A DNA stretch of 64,000 nucleotides, taken from positions 1 to 64,000 of IMG/VR virus record IMGVR_UViG_2974611114_000001; one strand, given 5' to 3'. Shown in pieces: positions 10,288-20,602 of this stretch (position 1 is the first letter of the stretch; each line of letters opens with the position of its first letter). Origin of the DNA: a virus (lineage: Duplodnaviria; Caudoviricetes). A program made the position numbers and the translations under genes. The notes beneath the pieces are model-generated. The model worked only from the letters and a program-made list of their open reading frames with translations. It ran no database searches and had not been told where the DNA came from.

Positions 10288-11430
10288 ATGTCTATTCAAT
10301 TAAAAAGAGCTACGCGACTATTCGTCTCTACTGTAGATAAGGGATTCTCTAAGGAAAATACCAAAGAAGTCCTGATACAAGACGATTTCGCGTTTAACCA
10401 AGAAGCCAGCTATACTGATATCACAGTAAACGAAGCAGGTCCAAGACCTATTCGTGGTTCTCAACGTTTTACAGATGCGTTGAACGCAGCTGACTGGAAC
10501 TTCTCCACATATATTCTGCCTTATGTGGACAGCACCGGTAAGATGATGGTACCAGACTATTTTATGTGGCATGCATTGTCTAGCTATAAAGAGATTGATC
10601 TTGCTGGAGAGCATGGAGTACACACTAATGAAACCAATATGGTGGTGGACTTCAAAGACAGTAATGCTCACGAATTATTAATGTTACAGCTATACTTCCT
10701 AGTTGACAACGTATGGTATCACATTAAGGACTGTCAGGTAGGTCAGGCAGAAGTAAGTGTTGATATCGAGAATATTGGTATGACAGCATGGTCTGGACAA
10801 GGTCGCTTAATTAGACTACTTGATACACAGCCATTTGACCCTAAAGAGATTGGTATCACAGACCTAGAATACGCAGCATTACAAGAATCTTACTTAGTTA
10901 ATAAATTAACAGCATTTAAGCTAAAAGATAATAAGACTAAGAAAGAATATGATATTGCTATTACTGGTGGTTCATTCACTATTAATAATAACATCACGTA
11001 TCTAACTCCAGAAGTAATGTCAAGGGTTAACTATGCTATAGGTTCGTTTACCGGTACGTTAGAAATTTCTGGTAGCGTAACTGCGTATCTGAATGATAAA
11101 TCACTAGGTACAGTTGACCTATATAATGACTTACTAGCGTCGCTACAGTCAGTTACAGATTTTGAACTAGCGTTAGTTCTAGGTGGTGAATATGCTACTG
11201 ATAGACACGGAGCTATTCTAGTTGCTAAGCACGCACATATAACTCCACCTTCTATTGAGACTGATGATGTTCTAGGTACTACTATTGAATTCCGTGCTAT
11301 CCCAACAGAATTGGATGCTAGAGACGATGGTTATTTAGGGTTTAGTACTAAATTCAATACAACAACCATCAAGGACTTTATAGATAAAGGCGACGCTCAT
11401 AAAGAAGCGGATCCTGGTACAGGGGGTTAA
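10288..11430 (+). CDS. major tail tube protein (pb6-like, no C-terminal Ig domain)
   Basis: MSIQLKRATRLFVST, NEAGPRPIRGSQRF, WNFSTYILPY match T5-type tube proteins. Confidence 0.92.
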   Translation: MSIQLKRATRLFVSTVDKGFSKENTKEVLIQDDFAFNQEASYTDITVNEAGPRPIRGSQRFTDALNAADWNFSTYILPYVDSTGKMMVPDYFMWHALSSYKEIDLAGEHGVHTNETNMVVDFKDSNAHELLMLQLYFLVDNVWYHIKDCQVGQAEVSVDIENIGMTAWSGQGRLIRLLDTQPFDPKEIGITDLEYAALQESYLVNKLTAFKLKDNKTKKEYDIAITGGSFTINNNITYLTPEVMSRVNYAIGSFTGTLEISGSVTAYLNDKSLGTVDLYNDLLASLQSVTDFELALVLGGEYATDRHGAILVAKHAHITPPSIETDDVLGTTIEFRAIPTELDARDDGYLGFSTKFNTTTIKDFIDKGDAHKEADPGTGG

Positions 11431-11433
11431 TAG

Positions 11434-12342
11434 ATGCGTTACTCTTTAGAGAGGCAAGGTAGAGTTATAGTTGTATATCAGGGAGTTGCTATGGAGTTTG
11501 ATGCTATAGCTTCGTTCACTGTAGAAGCACAGCTACGGGAGTATAGAGCTAATAGACGAACCCTGCACAAGAAGAGTAACTACTCAGAAGCAGTAGTAAC
11601 TGGCATGGAGCCAGTTACTCTCTCCCTAACAACTAACTTTACTGATAATAATTTGGAGAAGGTATTCTTCTTATTAATGGGAATGCAGGAAGTAGAGCAT
11701 AATCTACTTATATTGCCAGAAACTAGTGCAATTGAACCCGTTTACATAGAAGTATATATATCTTATCCTAATAACGAAAACTATAGAATCACTAGAGCTT
11801 TTGTATCCGTTGCTGATTTTATTATGGATAGGTCAGTACCCTTACTGCATGTAGGTATTGAAGCTGGTCTAATAGAGCAAGTAAGAGATGTACCTCTAGT
11901 ATATAGTAAAACGCAAGGACAAGTAAGACCAGTATTACCAACATTTGCTAGGATTAATTATCAGAGTATGGTTGGAGTAACCGGAGCTACTATGTCATTT
12001 CAACAACAGTGTTCTTGGAGAGAACAAAGAAGTGTGTTTGATATTGGTAAGATATCACATAATTCTAGAGCATATATTCAGGAGACTAACTACTCAGCTA
12101 CTTTAAATACTTATAAGAGGGGAGTTAAAGCAGGGTACTCTTCGGAGTTCTATGATGACTTTAAGTCTATAACAAATGCTAGAGTAGAATTAAGTAATGG
12201 GGCTACGGAGATAATAATACCGTCAGCACATATAGTGAAACGCCTAACCACAGGAGAGGTTAATCAGTTAGCTTTGGATATAATGCCAACGTTTTCTGGA
12301 TCTCCAGTATCTATTCAATTTAGAGAGGAAACTAAGATATGA
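11434..12342 (+). CDS. baseplate tube / minor tail protein (p140-like)
   Basis: Synteny; RRTLHKK and QQQCSWRE motifs. Confidence 0.8.
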   Translation: MRYSLERQGRVIVVYQGVAMEFDAIASFTVEAQLREYRANRRTLHKKSNYSEAVVTGMEPVTLSLTTNFTDNNLEKVFFLLMGMQEVEHNLLILPETSAIEPVYIEVYISYPNNENYRITRAFVSVADFIMDRSVPLLHVGIEAGLIEQVRDVPLVYSKTQGQVRPVLPTFARINYQSMVGVTGATMSFQQQCSWREQRSVFDIGKISHNSRAYIQETNYSATLNTYKRGVKAGYSSEFYDDFKSITNARVELSNGATEIIIPSAHIVKRLTTGEVNQLALDIMPTFSGSPVSIQFREETKI

Positions 12343-12764
12343 GTATTTCAATCAGTGCAATTAAAGCAAAAACAGATAAAAAGTATGAAGTTACATTAAA
12401 CTACCCAGGAGTGGCAGGATTCGAAGTAACTTTACGATACACTCCAAATCATGTACTTACTAGAATCATGGAACGTTCCGAAAAGATCATCATGGTTAAT
12501 GGTAGGGCACAAGGTAGGGAAAGTGATGTTCCTAAGTTCTGTGAAGCTATTGCAGAGGAAGCAATGGTTAGCTGGGAAGGTTTAACAGTTAAGAAACTAG
12601 CAGATTTAATCTTAGTAGACTTAGAAGGCTCTGGTGTAGAAGACCTAGACGCCGAAGTACCTTTCTCCCTAGCTAACGCAGCGGACTTACTAAAGGAATG
12701 TCCAGCATTTATGGAGTTTGTTACGGGGTCAATGACAGATATCGGCAACTTTCGTACTATCTAA
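12339..12764 (+). CDS. tail assembly chaperone (G-like)
   Basis: First of two small ORFs between tail tube region and tape measure. Confidence 0.75.
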   Translation: MSISISAIKAKTDKKYEVTLNYPGVAGFEVTLRYTPNHVLTRIMERSEKIIMVNGRAQGRESDVPKFCEAIAEEAMVSWEGLTVKKLADLILVDLEGSGVEDLDAEVPFSLANAADLLKECPAFMEFVTGSMTDIGNFRTI

Positions 12765-12834
12765 TATAATTGAGCCAAGAGAGGAGCTCTTTACTAGATT
12801 CGCTAAACAAGTACATGCCCCTTCAGGTAGTAAA

Positions 12835-13212
12835 ATGACAGTAGAAGCATGGGAGCAGATGAAACAGATGTTTCTAGATAGTGGAAGACCTCCTCCTCCT
12901 GAAGACTCTAGACCTATAGAGTTTGAGTCTTTAGATACAGAATGCAAATTAGCATTTATGATATTTAATAGGTTAAGAGACACTTACGTTCCTGGGCAGA
13001 TGCCACAGTATAATGGTAAGGATTTATCGGGGTTACCAGTCTTATTTGAGATATATGGTATAACTGATAATGTAGAAAAAGAAGAAATATTAAACCTAAT
13101 AACTATCCTTGATGGGGCAGCTGTTAAAACATCAGCAGATTCCATTAAGAAAGCAATAAAACGTAGTTCATCAAAGACAGGGGTAGGAAATGTACCTACT
13201 GTTCCAAAATGA
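12835..13212 (+). CDS. tail assembly chaperone second ORF (T-like; probably expressed as a frameshift fusion)
   Basis: Reading frame is open from 12736 and overlaps the end of the G ORF in the +1 frame. Confidence 0.7.
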   Translation: MTVEAWEQMKQMFLDSGRPPPPEDSRPIEFESLDTECKLAFMIFNRLRDTYVPGQMPQYNGKDLSGLPVLFEIYGITDNVEKEEILNLITILDGAAVKTSADSIKKAIKRSSSKTGVGNVPTVPK

Positions 13213-13252
13213 TTCTAAATTTCCTCCACTGGGCGTTCCACGAGAGGGCTTT

Positions 13253-13284
13253 GCTCTAGGCGTGAAAGCGTCTAGAGCTTTTTT
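13253..13284 (+). terminator. intrinsic terminator directly upstream of the tape measure gene
   Basis: GCTCTAGGCG-TGAAAG-CGTCTAGAGC followed by T6. Confidence 0.75.
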
Positions 13285-13299
13285 ATAGGTGAAATTCAT

Positions 13300-16200
13300 A
13301 TGGCATCAGATAAGGTAATCAGGGAACTAGTTGTTGAGATAAAGCAAAAAGGTTCCGCAAAGGCAGCTAAGGATGTTCAACAACTAGCTAAGGCACTAGA
13401 AGATGCCTCAGCTGGTGCAGAATTAGCTAATAATGAATTTAGTCAAATGGCTAAACAGCTCGTTCTTATAGAGCGTGCTGGTAACAAGGCTGGACAGACT
13501 TTAAGTAATATAAAGATTCCTGGTATGGATAAAATAACAGGAGTTATGGAAAAGATGGTTAGGGCTATTGAAAGAGTAGAGCTGGCAATAGACAATGCTT
13601 CCGATGCATCTAAGGTTGGTATGCAAACAATAGCTAATCAGGTAAACAAGGCAGAGAATAATATAGTAGCATCTGCTGATAGGTCAACCGATGCTATTAA
13701 AGATATGGGTAGAGAAATCAAGATAGCAGGAGATAAAGCAAAGTTATCTGATAAAGATTTTAGGCGATTCATACGTTCAGTTGGGGATACCTCAGGTGCT
13801 GCGAGAGGTGCTACGCGTGATTTCGCAGCACTATCTATGGTTACTGGTAAGTTGCCAATGCTATATGGTATGATAGCATCCAACGTGTTCGCTCTAGGTC
13901 AAGCATTCCGTATGGCTAAACTTGGTGAACAAACGGCACGACTACAAAAAATAGGTATTGCTCTAGGTGCTCAAACAGGTACACCAGTACAAGTACTAGC
14001 AAATTCTTTAGTAGAGGCAACTAATGGTGCGTTAAGTTTTGAGAATGCAATGGAAAAGGCAGTTAAAGCTTCTCAGTATGGTTTTGACTCAGACCAATTA
14101 AAGACCATAGGTATGATTGCTTCAAGACAGGCGGCAGCTGGATTTACATCTACAGATGACGCAATTAATAGAATTATGGAAGGTACTGCTAAACTGAATT
14201 CAGCAAGTTTAGATGGGGCAGGCCTAACCTTTAGACTAGTAGATGCTTATTCTGCATACGCTACTAAGTTAAATGAGATAAACCCTGCAATACAGGCTAA
14301 CTCCCAGAATCTAACTACTAACCAGAAAAAGATGGCTATACTTGATGCAATGGTTAAGCAGTCAACAGATAACTATGGTAAGCTGGATGATGCTATAAAA
14401 TCAGCATCTAACTATGAAAGACTTACAGCGTCGTTAGAAGGGGCAGGAAAACGATTCCTTACTGTAGTTGCAGACCACTTTCTGCCAGCGGTTGAGATGA
14501 TAGAGACAGCTCTAAATGCTCAGCCAGTAGCTCTAGCTAACAGTTTAAAGGCTTTAGAAGAATCTTCTAAGAAAGCCTCCTCTTCGGATGTTAATGCTAA
14601 CCTTACATTAGCGTATAACACTAGTGATGAGATATTAAAACTAACTAAGGAGATTAGACTAGAGGAAGAGAGACTAAATGATGCTATTGCTAAAAGGAAC
14701 AAACTAGATAACGCTAACCCTTTAATGAGGGATTTTCAGCTTACTAAGTTCTATCAAGAGATAAAATCTTATACAGGTATAAACGTTGGACTAGATAGCC
14801 AAACGAGGGCATTAATAGACCAGGCACATGATACTGAGATAGCCTTCAGAAAGAGTACCAATGCTCTAGAATCTTATGAAGAAGCTATGCAGTCTGCTAA
14901 AAATACTGCCGCTCAGTTACATAGATCCTTGTCAGAGGCATTTGGTAAAGAGTTTGCTGATATGATAGTAATGCTGGAGTCGGATATTCCCGGTCAGCAA
15001 GGCTTGGACAAGATGTTTAATGCAGAGTTATTAGAAGCTATTAGTCCGGCGCTAAAGGATATTACTCAAAGCTCTAAAGATATGAAAACCAATATATCTG
15101 AGGCATTTGCAGATGTATCTAACCCAGCTAAAATACAGGCAGGTATAACAAGCATTAAAACTGCACTAGATGCAGTTAGCTTAGGTACTCAACTAGTTGG
15201 GGATAAGTTTGGTATAGTTGCTGAGAAGGCAGGGTTAACTGTGGGAGTGCTAGACACAATCAAAGCACAGCTAACCTCTTTAAAAACTCTCCAGGGCTTA
15301 ATGGATTCAGACAACGCTAATGCACTATCTGATGCCAAGGAGCTATATAACTACGCGTTACAGACTAGAAATAGTGCTGGCGTATCTGCTAAGAGATCTG
15401 AAATTGCTCAGAGAGACTTACAAACTAAGTTAAACACCTTAAGGGCAGAGCAAGAAATTGCTGCCACAGAAGCAGATAGGAAGTCCCTAGCATCCCAAGC
15501 TAATGCTATAGAGGCTCAGATATATGATCTTAAGACACAACAAATACTGTCCCAGCAAAAGATGAATAAGGAGTCTAAATTTATAGCAGATTATGAGACA
15601 CGGATGTTATTGCTTAAAAATAGGTCATTTACTGAGGATCAATTAGCAATTAAACTTAAGATGGATGATCTTGATATAGCAAAACAGAAGGTTCAATTCT
15701 ACACAGGAAATATTAAGAAACAAAAAGAGTTAAACGATGCTATATTGGAAGAGGTACAAATACAGAGAGACTTGGATAAGCTAGGGCAGTCATATATAAA
15801 CAAACTAATGGTTAATGAAACCAGTAGAAAGTTTGCTATTCTAGAAGCTCAAGCCTTATCAGATGTTGAAGGGGGTGTATTAGCTGTACTGAAGGCTAAA
15901 CAAGAACTAGATGACTATATGAATAGTCTTAATGGTTGGGAGGCAGATACTGAACAAGTACTTAAGTATAAGAATGCTATAGAAGTAGCCCAAATGCAGT
16001 TAGATAGGCTGAACGAAGAGAGAGAACGTGGATTCAGAAATGCTCCCTCCTCTTTGCTAGGTGGAACATACAATACTACGTATGGTATGTCAGACGATCA
16101 GAAAAGTATGCAGGAAATGCAGAACAAACAGGATGCGTATGCTAATGCACTTTCTAACCTAAGATCAATCAACCAAGAGGCAGCAGATCTAGCTACTAAC

Positions 16201-16998
16201 TTAGGTAATACTATAAACGCCGTTATGTTATATGCTGAGGGTAGCCTAGATACAGTAGGAATGATATCTGCAGGTATGCAGCTGGTTTCTAGTGGTATAG
16301 CTATGGCTACCAAGCAGCAAGTATCTGCAATAGACAATGCTATTAAGGCAGAACAGGCTAGAGATGGTAAGTCTGAGGAGTCTAAGAATAAGATCAAGAA
16401 GTTAGAAGCTGAAAAAGTCAAGATACAACAAGACGCAGCTAAGAAACAGATCCTTATTCAAACTGCAATGGCTGTTATGAACGCCGCTAACGCTGTTCCA
16501 TATCCTTGGTCAATACCACTAATGGTAGCTGCGGCTGCGGCTGGTATGATGGCTTATTCACAAGCGTCTAACCCAGTATCTCCTAGTATCGACGCAGGTG
16601 GTAGTCAAACCGGATACCTTAGATTAGGTAAACGTGACAATAACGTGGACGTATCTAAGGGAGCTAATGCAGGTGAGGCTAAGTATATGGCTGGGGATCG
16701 CGGTACTGGTAACATGCAAAACTTTATACCTAGGGCAGCAGGTGGACTAATGCTTCCTGGAGTTGGTTACCAACTCAATGAGAAAGGTGTAGAGTTTAAA
16801 TCTCCAGTAGTTCCTACTAGAGTAGATAGGAATGATAATTCTAGTAATAATTCTTCCCAATCCTCTAGTGGTGGCAATACGTTTATCATACAGGCTATGG
16901 ATTCTGAATCCTTCTCCTCTTTCTTAACTAGACATGGGGAGTCCGTCGCGTTAACAATTGAGGCTCAATTGAACAACGAAGGAAAAACTTTGTATTAA
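13300..16998 (+). CDS. tape measure protein (pb2-like)
   Basis: 1232 aa, Ala-rich coiled coil, hydrophobic segment near the C-terminus (PYPWSIPLMVAAAAAG); synteny. Confidence 0.93.
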   Translation: MASDKVIRELVVEIKQKGSAKAAKDVQQLAKALEDASAGAELANNEFSQMAKQLVLIERAGNKAGQTLSNIKIPGMDKITGVMEKMVRAIERVELAIDNASDASKVGMQTIANQVNKAENNIVASADRSTDAIKDMGREIKIAGDKAKLSDKDFRRFIRSVGDTSGAARGATRDFAALSMVTGKLPMLYGMIASNVFALGQAFRMAKLGEQTARLQKIGIALGAQTGTPVQVLANSLVEATNGALSFENAMEKAVKASQYGFDSDQLKTIGMIASRQAAAGFTSTDDAINRIMEGTAKLNSASLDGAGLTFRLVDAYSAYATKLNEINPAIQANSQNLTTNQKKMAILDAMVKQSTDNYGKLDDAIKSASNYERLTASLEGAGKRFLTVVADHFLPAVEMIETALNAQPVALANSLKALEESSKKASSSDVNANLTLAYNTSDEILKLTKEIRLEEERLNDAIAKRNKLDNANPLMRDFQLTKFYQEIKSYTGINVGLDSQTRALIDQAHDTEIAFRKSTNALESYEEAMQSAKNTAAQLHRSLSEAFGKEFADMIVMLESDIPGQQGLDKMFNAELLEAISPALKDITQSSKDMKTNISEAFADVSNPAKIQAGITSIKTALDAVSLGTQLVGDKFGIVAEKAGLTVGVLDTIKAQLTSLKTLQGLMDSDNANALSDAKELYNYALQTRNSAGVSAKRSEIAQRDLQTKLNTLRAEQEIAATEADRKSLASQANAIEAQIYDLKTQQILSQQKMNKESKFIADYETRMLLLKNRSFTEDQLAIKLKMDDLDIAKQKVQFYTGNIKKQKELNDAILEEVQIQRDLDKLGQSYINKLMVNETSRKFAILEAQALSDVEGGVLAVLKAKQELDDYMNSLNGWEADTEQVLKYKNAIEVAQMQLDRLNEERERGFRNAPSSLLGGTYNTTYGMSDDQKSMQEMQNKQDAYANALSNLRSINQEAADLATNLGNTINAVMLYAEGSLDTVGMISAGMQLVSSGIAMATKQQVSAIDNAIKAEQARDGKSEESKNKIKKLEAEKVKIQQDAAKKQILIQTAMAVMNAANAVPYPWSIPLMVAAAAAGMMAYSQASNPVSPSIDAGGSQTGYLRLGKRDNNVDVSKGANAGEAKYMAGDRGTGNMQNFIPRAAGGLMLPGVGYQLNEKGVEFKSPVVPTRVDRNDNSSNNSSQSSSGGNTFIIQAMDSESFSSFLTRHGESVALTIEAQLNNEGKTLY

Positions 16999-17000
16999 AT

Positions 17001-17026
17001 AAAAGGGGCTATACGCCCCTTTATTT
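17001..17026 (+). terminator. intrinsic terminator
   Basis: AAAGGGGC-TATAC-GCCCCTTT. Confidence 0.8.
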
Positions 17027-17046
17027 GTTTATAATAAAAAATTTTC

Positions 17047-17075
17047 TTGAAAAATTTTAAAATATGGTATATAAT
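17047..17075 (+). promoter_or_regulatory. sigma70-type promoter for tail-tip genes
   Basis: TTGAAA-17-TATAAT with AT-rich UP element. Confidence 0.75.
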
Positions 17076-17111
17076 AAGTATATATAAACAGATTTTATAG
17101 GAGAGTATTAT

Positions 17112-17726
17112 ATGAGACTTCCAGACCCTTATACAGATAGTCATGCTCCGGGATTTGAGAGAGTTACTTTAGTAGATAATGACCCGGTACTTAGGGATGA
17201 GATGCCAGATAACACGGTATTTGAAGTTAGAAATAAAGGACAATATTGGTCATTCGAGCTAAAATATACCGAACTATTTGAAGACGAGTTTAGGATTTTA
17301 GAGTCAGCCATACTTAGATATAAAAGTAAGGGTGGATTTATGGACGTATTATTGCCACAATTTGAAGGTAGTAGAGCTATGGGTGATTTTGTCAACGCTA
17401 CAGTGGATGTAGGCTCTAGCAATTCTGAACTCATACTTAACATACCTAAATTAACTGGACTGCCAGAGGTAGGGGATTTATTTAAACTATCTAATAATTA
17501 CAAGATATATAAAATAACAGAAGTAGAACGAACTGGGGAAAACTCATTAAAAATAGGAATATACCCCGAGTTAGTAGTACTACCAAGTAAATCCTCTAAG
17601 CCGCAGTTCCATGGTATTCTGTTTCAAACAAAAATAACTAATATAGATAACTGGAATAGTACTCTAACACCAGACGGCGTGTATGAGTCTGTAACTTTAC
17701 AGTTTAGAGAGAGTAGGAGCAAATAA
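17112..17726 (+). CDS. distal tail protein (Dit, pb9-like)
   Basis: MRLPDPYT start, 204 aa, follows the tape measure gene. Confidence 0.88.
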   Translation: MRLPDPYTDSHAPGFERVTLVDNDPVLRDEMPDNTVFEVRNKGQYWSFELKYTELFEDEFRILESAILRYKSKGGFMDVLLPQFEGSRAMGDFVNATVDVGSSNSELILNIPKLTGLPEVGDLFKLSNNYKIYKITEVERTGENSLKIGIYPELVVLPSKSSKPQFHGILFQTKITNIDNWNSTLTPDGVYESVTLQFRESRSK

Positions 17727-20602
17727 TGAAAGAGGTACTTCCTAGCGCAAGAGAGTATTTAACTGATCCAGATAGCAATATTAAAGTAGCTAGCCTACTT
17801 ATGATGGAACTCCCAAGTGCCGGAGGTACTCCTCAATACGTGCACTACACTGACTATCCTAGAGATTTAGTGTTTAATAATATTCCATACTTAAGTGGCA
17901 AACTAAAATCAATATCAGCACATAGACAAGATACTAAGTTAACAGTAGGGAACATTACGTTCACACTATCTGGTGTGGACTCCGATGAAGTATTCAGATT
18001 AGTAAGAGATGGCGTATCCTTTATAGACAGGCAAGTAACAATATATCAAGCAATAATTAAGCCAGATGGGACAATACTTCCAGTAGACTCTGAAACTAAC
18101 GGGCCGATTTTATTCTTCTCTGGTAAGATAACAGCAGGAAGTATAAAAGAGGGTCAAGGAGAAGGCAACTCATCCGCTAGTACTTCCAGTATTGTATGGA
18201 CTTGTGCTAATGAGTTTTATGACTTCGAACAGGTAAATGGTAGACTTACTGATGATGCCACTCATAGGGGCTTAGAAATTATAGACGGAAAGCTGGTTGC
18301 TACTAGCTCTGCCAAAAAAGACGAGTATAAGGAAGATCTAGGTTTCTTCCATTCTAACAAGTCTGTTACTATACTAGCTAAATACCAGACCCAAGAGAAG
18401 CGTTACAGAATGAAGACTAAGAAGAGATTATTTGGTCTTAGTAAATCTTACTCCCTTGAAGAGTACTACGAAACTGTAACCAAAGAAATAGACATAGACT
18501 TTAACCTTACTGCTAAGTTTATACCTGTAGTATATGGGGTACAACACATCCCCGGAATACCTGTATTCGCTGATACTTTAAAAGATGACCCAAATATAGT
18601 GTACGTAGTGTACGCATTTGCTGAGGGAGAAATAGATGGATTTCTAGATTTTGCTTTTGGCGATACACCAATGATCTGTTATGATGATAAGGACAGTGGG
18701 GATCGTACATGCTTTGGTAGGAAGAGGTTTGCTGGGGATACCATGCATAGATTAGCTAGTGGAATACCAACAACATCCCCAACTGTACATGGCGAAAAGT
18801 ATGAGTATGATGATGGCAATGGTGATATTACTATGTGGGTGTATCATGGTAAATCTGACCAAGAAGCATCTAAAGTCTTGGTAGATATTGCAGCAAAGGA
18901 AGGGTTTCTACTACAGAGTGAGCTAGAGCATAAGGAAGGGTACTGGGATAGTAGATTTAGATTACTAGATACTGCGTATGCTGTAGTTCGATTTACTATA
19001 AACGAGAATAGAACCGACATACCAGAGGTATCAGCCACTATACAAGGTAAAAAAGTTAGAGTATATAATTCTGACGGAACGTTTGATGATAGTAAGACTA
19101 GTCTCAATCCTGTATGGCAATTAGTAGATTATATGAGATCTACTATATATGGGGCAGGTATTCCACTTAGTAAGATACCCATAGATTTTACGCTTAGAAC
19201 TGCCAAACTTCTAGATACTATAGATACGTCTTATGAATCGGATTGGCTATCCTATTGGAGATACATAGGATGGACAAATCAATCAGCTGAAAATAGACAA
19301 ATGATACAGACCAACGTTATTTTAGAAACGTCTACTTCTGTGTTTAAAAATATAGAAAGTATGTTAGAGGCGTTTTCGGGTGCACTAAATAATTTTGCAG
19401 GGGAGTATCGTATAACAACGGAGTCTTATGATAGTAATCCAAGAAAGTTACATTTTAATGATACTATAGGAAATCTAGAATTGCAAGATGTAACTGCTAG
19501 GAACAAATATAACTCGGTGCAGGCAAGTATAGTAGACCCCGGTCTAGGGTGGAAAACTAACTCAGTATCGTTCTTTAATTCAGAGTTTAAGAAAGAGGAC
19601 AGAGGATTAGACAAGCGAATGAATCTGTCGTTCGCATATATAACTAACTACTACTGTGCAAGGTCTGTGGCAGCTAGGGAATTAAAAAGATCTAGATATG
19701 CTAGGGAGCTAAAACTAACTGTCCCTTACTATATGTTGGGTATAGAGGTAAATGATGCTATAGCATTTACTTATGAGAGATATGGGTGGAAGGATAAATA
19801 CTTCTTAGTTAAGACAGTATCTAATACTATTGGTGGAAAGATAGAACTTACATTAATAGAAAGAGATAAGTCTGTATTCATTAACTCTGAGCAAGTAGAG
19901 CAAGATACTAGTGCTCCACCAACCTGGGAGACACTAGTAACACCACCAAGAAGTTTAGAGTATGTTCCATACATTGATAAACCACTAAGCCCTGGTAATG
20001 TTATAGGCAAAAATGGGGATCTTAGGTGGAAGCCTAGCACTACATCCTCTATTATATACTATACTGTAAAAATATCTGGTGAAGTAGATCCTAGAATTGT
20101 TACTAACAACGGGGAGTCTCTAGATTCATATATAGTTATGGAATTAAAGGGGATGGCTCCAGATACTTATACGATAGAGGTTAGGGCTGTAGACATGTAT
20201 GGTAGAAGGAGTTCCCCAGCAGTACTTGTAGTAGATATAAACGCAGCGGTAAACCTTAATAAAGTACAGAACCTAACATTACTTAATAGAGCACCTAACT
20301 CATTAAACGAGTGGATTGGTAAAGATGTTCTTGCTAAGTGGGATAGAATCTCTGAAGAAGTTAATAATGAAATACCTGATTTATTTTACAGGTTTCAGGT
20401 ACTACACCCAACTAACCATGAGACTATCTACGATGGCAAGACAACTAATGGGAATAGGCATATATTTACTTACGCTGATAATAGAAAAGAGTACGGTATA
20501 CGTGAAGGTACTCCAGGAGTATATCGTAATCTAGACGTTAGGGTAAGAGCAGAGGGCATCAATGGTGAGTCCTCAGTACAATGGACATATATAGATGATT
20601 AA
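17726..20602 (+). CDS. baseplate hub protein (pb3-like)
   Basis: 958 aa; IPVVYG, EGEIDG and RGLDKR motifs; C-terminal FnIII-like domains. Confidence 0.9.
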   Translation: MKEVLPSAREYLTDPDSNIKVASLLMMELPSAGGTPQYVHYTDYPRDLVFNNIPYLSGKLKSISAHRQDTKLTVGNITFTLSGVDSDEVFRLVRDGVSFIDRQVTIYQAIIKPDGTILPVDSETNGPILFFSGKITAGSIKEGQGEGNSSASTSSIVWTCANEFYDFEQVNGRLTDDATHRGLEIIDGKLVATSSAKKDEYKEDLGFFHSNKSVTILAKYQTQEKRYRMKTKKRLFGLSKSYSLEEYYETVTKEIDIDFNLTAKFIPVVYGVQHIPGIPVFADTLKDDPNIVYVVYAFAEGEIDGFLDFAFGDTPMICYDDKDSGDRTCFGRKRFAGDTMHRLASGIPTTSPTVHGEKYEYDDGNGDITMWVYHGKSDQEASKVLVDIAAKEGFLLQSELEHKEGYWDSRFRLLDTAYAVVRFTINENRTDIPEVSATIQGKKVRVYNSDGTFDDSKTSLNPVWQLVDYMRSTIYGAGIPLSKIPIDFTLRTAKLLDTIDTSYESDWLSYWRYIGWTNQSAENRQMIQTNVILETSTSVFKNIESMLEAFSGALNNFAGEYRITTESYDSNPRKLHFNDTIGNLELQDVTARNKYNSVQASIVDPGLGWKTNSVSFFNSEFKKEDRGLDKRMNLSFAYITNYYCARSVAARELKRSRYARELKLTVPYYMLGIEVNDAIAFTYERYGWKDKYFLVKTVSNTIGGKIELTLIERDKSVFINSEQVEQDTSAPPTWETLVTPPRSLEYVPYIDKPLSPGNVIGKNGDLRWKPSTTSSIIYYTVKISGEVDPRIVTNNGESLDSYIVMELKGMAPDTYTIEVRAVDMYGRRSSPAVLVVDINAAVNLNKVQNLTLLNRAPNSLNEWIGKDVLAKWDRISEEVNNEIPDLFYRFQVLHPTNHETIYDGKTTNGNRHIFTYADNRKEYGIREGTPGVYRNLDVRVRAEGINGESSVQWTYIDD

